A stretch of 63,901 nucleotides of DNA, filler included, from Chrysochromulina tobinii (lineage: Eukaryota): NCBI GenBank assembly GCA_001275005.1. It is 11 parts of 11 records of this genome, joined end to end, with 100 filler letters (N's around TTAATTAATTAA, not from the genome) between each part and the next. Parts side by side here need not be neighbours in the genome. Positions count along the whole stretch, not along the records: positions 54,556 to 61,982 come from JWZX01000134.1; positions 62,083 to 63,901 come from JWZX01000135.1; 9 more parts are not named here. One strand, given 5' to 3'. A program made the position numbers and the translations under genes. Position 1 is the stretch's first letter; each line of letters begins with the position of its first letter. The notes below the pieces were generated by a model. The model did no database searches. It saw only the letters and a list, made by a program, of their open reading frames with translations, and was not told the DNA's origin. Below are positions 57,802 to 63,901 of this stretch, in pieces.

Positions 57802-60800
57802 CGGTGTCAACGGAGAGGCTTCGTTGGCGTTTGGTCCGACGGCGATTCGATTTGTCGGAGACTTTCACCCAATATTTGCCGAAGGGTATGAATATACCAA
57901 ATCTTTGAATTCACAGAATCGAAGAGAGACGAAAGGAAAAGCGGGTCCCCAGCCCTCGCCCCCTGGGCCCATACAATTGTATTTGAACTTCAGAGGAATG
58001 AACATCAAAGAAAAAAGCCATATATGCCTGATCATGCCAGTGCCTGTCAAAGCTCAAACTGTCTCCGAAATAGTTACGTCCTACATCCACGATCGCTGTT
58101 CGGAATCAATTGTCTATTGTGTGTTGATAGATACATTGGTTCGATAAATGGGTGTGTACGAACTTTCAACTTAGCTCTCACTAGAGCTCTTAAAGGGGCC
58201 AAGGCCAAGGGCTGGGGGTGTGTTCTGTCTGCTTCAAATTCCCTACCGCAATTCAGGCTTCAGGGGGTCCTGCGAATCGTCCCATTGTGTATATCTATAT
58301 GCGAGTGAGGAGTGGTCGAACTCGGCCGCCCCAAAGGGCAAAGGCGGAAAGGGTTAAAAGGGCCACAGGCTGAGGCTCCAGCGCGGCGGGCGGGGCGGAC
58401 GCGGGGGCTGTTCGGCGTGTTCGCCTCCTGTTCCTTATTCGATTCAACATCCCGCGGGGCGGGCCAATTTGCCCGAATCAGGTGCCAGTACGAATCCTAC
58501 GAAAGCGCCATACGATGTGAATCCGATACGAGACCTCATCGTACGACACGGCTCGTTCTCGTATGTACACGAACGGCACTTGAAACCTTCGCGGCGCGCC
58601 TGCCATCTTCAGCGGCACGGATGATCTCCGCGCAATCCCCACGAGGGCGCCTTCTTCCTACCTGCCGCCACCGCCTACCACAGCTCACTGCTGCCACGGT
58701 TGCCACCTTTCCCTTCACCACGCGGGCGCCTTCTTCCTCCCTGCCGCCGCCGACGACCACAGCTCACTGCTGCCACGGTTGCCACCTTTCCCTCCGCCAT
58801 TCTCTCCCGGGGGGGTGTTTGTTTCCCGCGCCCCCGCCTTCGTTGCCGCCCCCGCCCTTGTCGCCGCCGCCTGCACCGCCCCGCGCGCGCGCACCGCGGG
58901 CTCAGATTGCGTCCTTCATCTCGACGCCGCTCGTGGCCGAGGACTGCGCTATCGGGTTGTTGATGGTCGTGGTCGGGATGGCCTTGACGATCGTCGTCGC
59001 CTTCTTCTGGCGGAGCTTAAAGGTGCACACGATGATGGCGACGAGGAGCACGAAGGCAGTCACGCCCACCGCAACGCCGATCACCACACCCTGGGACACG
59101 CCGGCCCCGCTGCCCGCGTTCAAAGCCAGGCTGCCGGAGTTGAACGGCGGCGCGGGCGCAGGGACGGCGACCGTCGTCAGAGCAACGTTGGCAATGGTCT
59201 GCACGGTGACGCCAAGGGCAGCGGTGAGATCGGCTGGCGTCGTCGCGGCGAGCGACGTCGCCGCGGCACTTGCCGACGCCGGGCTCGGGTACGTGATGGT
59301 GGCCTGGACGCCGACGGAGGCGGAGTAGACGAAGAGCGTGATCACGGACGGGGACACGTTCATCTGGGCCGCGAGGCGGTTCTTGAATGCGTTCCGGTCG
59401 AAGCTCGACACGTCGCCCGCCACGGTGAAGGTCGCCGTGATGGCGGCAACGTACACTTCGCCCGCCGGCAACGGCGGCGGCGGTGGCCGCGGGAGCGCGA
59501 CGAGGGAGACGATGAGCTGGGGCGCTTCGCCCGTGGTGGAGAGGTGCGACTGCATGCCGCAGCCGTTGGCAAAGGTCGGGACCACGATCCAGCCGTAGTT
59601 GGGCGTGCCCGAGAGCCACGCCCTGACATTGTCGGTCACATCGACCGAGTGGGGGCCGAGCATGCACGGCATGTTGTGATCCGCCGCGCCGTAGGTGCTC
59701 GACGAGCCGCCAGTGATGCTGGCGGGCACGTACGGCAGCGAGCTGTACGAGGTGGACATGCTCCACGGGACGAGGAGCTCGTGCAGCTCGCCCATGTTGC
59801 CTGGCGAGTTGCCGTCCCCGCCGATGACGTACCGGAGGGTCGCGGCTTGGAAGCGGCCCGCTGGAATCCCCGAAATGTTGAACCAGAGCAGCACGTAGTC
59901 GCGGTCTGTCTCATCAACGGAGTTGCCGTCCCACCAGATGACGTTGTTCGGGTAAGGCGCTTGCGCTTGCACAGTTGTGGGCTGCGTCGAGCGGATCCAG
60001 GTCGACATGGATGCGCTCGGGCCTGAGAGGATGATGGCGTCTCGTGGCGGCGGGGGCGGCGGGGGAGGCTTGGGCGGCGGGCGGGGCGGCGAGGGCGGCC
60101 GCGAGGGCGGTGAGGGCGGCGCGGGCGGCGCGTGCTGATAGTAGACCCGCAGGTTGACGCGCCGGTCGGCGGGCGAGTTGCAGGAACGGAGAGCCGCACC
60201 GTCGTTGCCGCCCGTGGGCACCAAGATCCAGCCGTGGTTCGCTCCGCCCGCTTGCCAGGCACCGAAAGACGAGGTGACGTCGACCTCATTCCAGCCGGCC
60301 ACGGTGGCGTACGCAATGCCAACCTCCACGGAGCTGTAGTCCTCGTTCGCGATGAGGCCACGGTTGCCCGCGAAGCTGTTGTACGTCGTGGTCGCGGCAT
60401 TCCATGGTTTGAGGGGCTCATGCACGCCAGCATAGTTCCCGACGGAGTTGGACGAGGCCGAGAGGTCGACGTAGTAGCGAAGCTTGGCGCTCGTGATGAT
60501 TTCGTGCGTATGGACGTGGTAATTTGCATTCCCGATGATGTCGGTGAACTGCACGAGGACGTAGTCGCGTGTGCCATCATTCTGCTCGCCATCCCACCAC
60601 AGATTTGTTTGTTGCCCCATGGCGGTATCCGGGGTACTCGATCTCAGCATGGTCGACTGGCACCCGCCGGTGACGGTCGCCGTCTGGCTGTTGAACTCGC
60701 GCATCCCGATGACCACGGGCGCAGGCGACATGGGCGGCGGGATGGTGTAGGGGGGACGAGGCGGGGCGGGCGGCGACGGCGGCGCGGGCGGCGCATCAAA

Positions 60801-61982
60801 GTGCACCTCGACCACCGGCTGCTGCGCAACCGTAGCCCAGGCTGCGGTGCGGATGCCGCACCCGTTGCCGAAGTACGGCACGAAGACCCAGCCGTGATTG
60901 GGTGTGCCCGTGAGCCACCGGTTGATGCTCGGCGTCACGTCGACGGTGTGCGTGGCCACGTTGCCAGGCAGGTCGTTGACAGTCGGGCCCCAGAGCGTGT
61001 CGATGACCGCCGCAGGAAAGGGCCAAGGGGGCGCGGGCATCGAATTGTTGTACGTCACGGTGCTCGCATTCCAGCCGCGGCGGAACTCGTGCATCTCCGC
61101 CTGGTCGCCTTCGTTTGACACGGTGTAGCGGAAGAGCGCGCGGGAGATGGGAGCCATGCCCGAGAGCGCGCTCAGGTCGAACTTCATGAGCACGAAATCG
61201 AAATCGGCCCTGCGGGCAGCAGGTGGTCAGGGGAGGCGAGGCGCACACACGTGTGTGAGCAAAGGAGCGGAACGACGTCGGGATGAGGCCGGTGGGAGCA
61301 GCAACTGCGATGTAGCTGAGCCGACCACGTGGCGAGAGTAGGGTTTGTGCGCCGCTGGCGCGCACGCTGAGTTTCCGTCCCAGAAGACCTCGGCGGCGGT
61401 GGCGTAGTTGATGTCCTGAGCAATCATGCGCAGCCACGCGTGCTGGGCGTTGCGGATCTGCAGGACCGTGAACGGGGCGCGGGGTGGCGAGGGCGGCGGC
61501 GAGGGCCGCGGCGGTGGCGGCGGCGGCCGCGCGGGCGGCGAAGGCGGCCTGGGCGGCTGCAGCGCCGCGAACACGACCAGGTTGACGCGACGGTCTGATG
61601 GCGCGTTGCACGCGCGCATCGAGGAGCCATCGCCAGATCCACCGAGAATCTGCGGCGATGGCATCCAGATCCAGCCGTTGTTGTTGACGCCGTTGACCCA
61701 GCTCTGGACGCTCGCCGTCACGTCGAGCTCGTACCAGCCCGCCCGCGGATTCGCGAACGCGGTCGCGATCGCTGGCGTGCGGTACTCGGCCTCGTTGAGG
61801 CCTTGCGCACCCGCGAAGGTGCGGAACGTGGTGGAGTTTGCGCTCCACTCTTTCGAGATCTCATGCAGCTGGGCGGAGGCGCCTCGCGCGTTGCCCGAGA
61901 ATGTTTCGTCCACGTTGTACCGGAGCGTCGCGCGTTGGATGTACTCGTGCGGGCGCAGCTGGTTCGGCCCGGACCCGATGAT
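55029..61982. repeat. Apparently identical ~1.8-kb direct repeat (55029-56837 and 60174-61982, offset 5145)
   Basis: The same sequence and identical ORF translations occur at both loci, intron included; 54556-54990 is a slightly diverged copy of 56582-57016. Confidence 0.9.
58902..61982 (-). CDS. Multi-DNRLRE domain type-I membrane protein, 3' part
   Basis: Same domains; intron 61365-61210; TM helix GVVIGVAVGVTAFVLLVAIIVC followed by KLRQKK and a stop at 58902. Confidence 0.8.
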
Positions 61983-62082
61983 NNNNNNNNNNNNNNNNNN
62001 NNNNNNNNNNNNNNNNNNNNNNNNNNTTAATTAATTAANNNNNNNNNNNNNNNNNNNNNNNNNNNNNNNNNNNNNNNNNNNN

Positions 62083-63901
62083 AACAGCAACGCGGTCGAG
62101 GTCATTACACCGCCTGCAGCGCAGCCTGTGGTGCAGCCTGAGCAGATGGCAGCTCAACGGGCGGCTGTTGCGGCACGCATCGCTGAGGCAGATGCAGAAG
62201 CAGACCGGCTCATGGCTGTGGCCGCCGGTCGTCGGCCCGTGATGGGCGATCCGCCCCCACCGCCCGTGATGGGCGATCCGCCCCCACCGCCACCGCCGCA
62301 ACGGGTGGCCTTTGGGCCCCGAACTGCTGTGGAGGCTGCGGAAGCCGAGGCTGCGGAAGTATCGGAAGCATTCCGGCTCATGGCTGTGTCCGCCGGTCGT
62401 TGGCTCGCGTTGGGTGATCCGCCGCCGCCGCCGCCGTCATCGCCTCCGTCGCCGCCGCAGTCGACGATCGAGCACGGCGTCGCAAGCGTGTCGCTCATCG
62501 CCCCGATCGTCTTGACGGATAACGTGGCTGCTTTCTTCCCTGGCCTGTTCGGTCGGTTCGGTCAGTTCGGTCATTTCGGTCGGTTCGGTCAGTTCGGTCG
62601 GTTCGGTCAGTTCGGTCGGTTCGGTCAGTTCGGTCGGTTCATGACTCCGCGCTGCGTCATCTCGATCATTCTCTCCTTCGTGCTTGCAATTTTCACTGCA
62701 GGCGCTCTCGCATTCGATCGTGTTCGAGATTGGTTCGTGATCATGCAGTTCTTTGTTTACACCCTCGTCGTCACCTGCGCCTTCGCGGGCCTCGTGCACA
62801 CGGCGGTACAGCTTCTTCACCCTCAACAAGTCGGTGCATTCACGGCGACGGCGTCGTTTCGTGCCTCATCGGTGAGGCTGCCCTGGCTCGTTCCTACTTC
62901 GCCTCCACCTGTTCCCCGGACTCCTGTTGTCTACCGGGCTCTCGACGCCTCGGTGCTCGTTGACGTCTTCGAGGTCACGAGCGCCCGCAACGAGACAGGC
63001 GAGTGCGACGTATCGGTGGACACGGGTGCTGACATGCTGTGCCTTACCTCTATCGTGAACACGCGAGTCCTTGAGTGGAACCCGGAAATCGTGGTGCGTG
63101 TCGCTGATGCTCGGGTCATCCCCATCGAGGCGCTTGTCGAGACGGTGGTGAATTTCCCCATCACTGGACGCAAGCAAATCCTCCGCCGCGGGCTCGTCTC
63201 CTCGCAGTTCAAGAAGGTGCTTCTTTCCGGCCCGGCGCTCGCGCAGGAAGGTATTGAAGTTCGCACGCTGCGTTGCCCCAAGTACGGCGGTGTTCTCGAG
63301 TGGGCAGACGGCGCCCAGGAGCCGTTCAAAGGACCTCCGTACCACATCGTCGTTACGTTCTCGGCGCCGGACGACCCCGGCGTCGCCCTCGTCAGGGCAA
63401 CCAAGGTGGACGATGCGACGATACTTTTGTGGCACGAGCGCATTGGGCATGCGGGCGACTCCACGCTCTCTAAGCTGCACGCCTCCACCGACGGCACGCC
63501 CTTCACGTCTGCGACCTCGCTTCCCCACGTGTGCGAGCACTGTATGGCAAACAAGGCCATCCGGAGGTTCCTCGCCGCGCACGACATCACGTCCATGCGC
63601 GTCGGCCAGCTCACCCACATTGATGTCCATGGCCCGTACGCCGAGGACATCTATTTTGGGGCGCGGTACGATATTTGCTTCGTTGACGACTTCACCAACA
63701 CCCGCTTCATCGCGTCCATTCCTGATCGTGTTTGGGCGACACAGCAGCGGGCGTTCCTGAAGTACTCCGCCTTCATCAATTTCTTCTCCGGTTTCACCGT
63801 CAACATCGCTGGATGCCAGTTCGACAACGCCCCCGAATATGAGGGCGTTGAGTCAGAGGAATTTTGTGATGACGCGGCGATCCAGCGGCTCTTCTCAGTC
63901 C
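62083..63901 (+). mobile_element. Ty1/Copia polyprotein fragment (aspartic protease, pre-integrase Zn motif, integrase core), open at both ends
   Basis: Frame from 62083: VDTGADMLC, LWHERIGH, CEHCMANK, HIDVHGP, FVDDFT, QFDNAPEY. Absent from the ORF track because it has no stop in the window. Confidence 0.88.
62548..62640 (+). repeat. Ten 9-nt units encoding (FG[R/Q/H])10 in the Copia frame
   Basis: TTCGGTCGG/TTCGGTCAG tandem units. Confidence 0.95.

Noticed and set aside
47747..63901. Treating the two Copia fragments as one element
   Set aside because: They are complementary in domain content (the second ends about where the first begins in integrase) but lie on separate contigs in the wrong order with no overlap; this cannot be established here.

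Overview
GC-rich eukaryotic algal DNA, most consistent with a haptophyte such as Chrysochromulina (inferred from GC-AG introns, plastid-type genes and gene families). It is a set of contigs joined by artificial N-TTAATTAATTAA-N linkers, so adjacency across gaps is not reliable. Ordinary genes include a ZIP transporter, a DnaJ protein, a COMMD9-like protein, a sarcosine/pipecolate oxidase, a TPR-DnaJ protein, a GT-B glycosyltransferase, PLRG1/Prp46, a papain protease, a Ycf49/DUF3593 fusion, an FkbM methyltransferase, a Ser/Thr kinase and EF-hand proteins. There are also two Ty1/Copia fragments, an arylsulfatase pseudogene and tandem DNRLRE-domain surface-protein genes. The most unusual signals are: (1) a beta-helix surface-protein gene whose introns are built from a regularly spaced palindromic ~21-nt repeat that brackets a phase-0, one-repeat exon like a cassette; (2) two convergent copies of a gene (one ubiquitin-fused) with near-identical inverted flanks, different internal variable segments and one shared, potentially invertible C-terminal region; (3) three in-frame insertions in one kinase gene, each a 17-25 nt target duplication around the same GGTGTGAAT motif, plus an intron with a 16-nt duplication; (4) an intronless EF-hand gene enclosed by 27-bp perfect inverted repeats; (5) a CCCH zinc-finger/ADP-ribosyltransferase gene; (6) a ~19-copy bidirectional CTAACCCGGACTT array; (7) a Copia polyprotein with FG repeats and hydrophobic helices.
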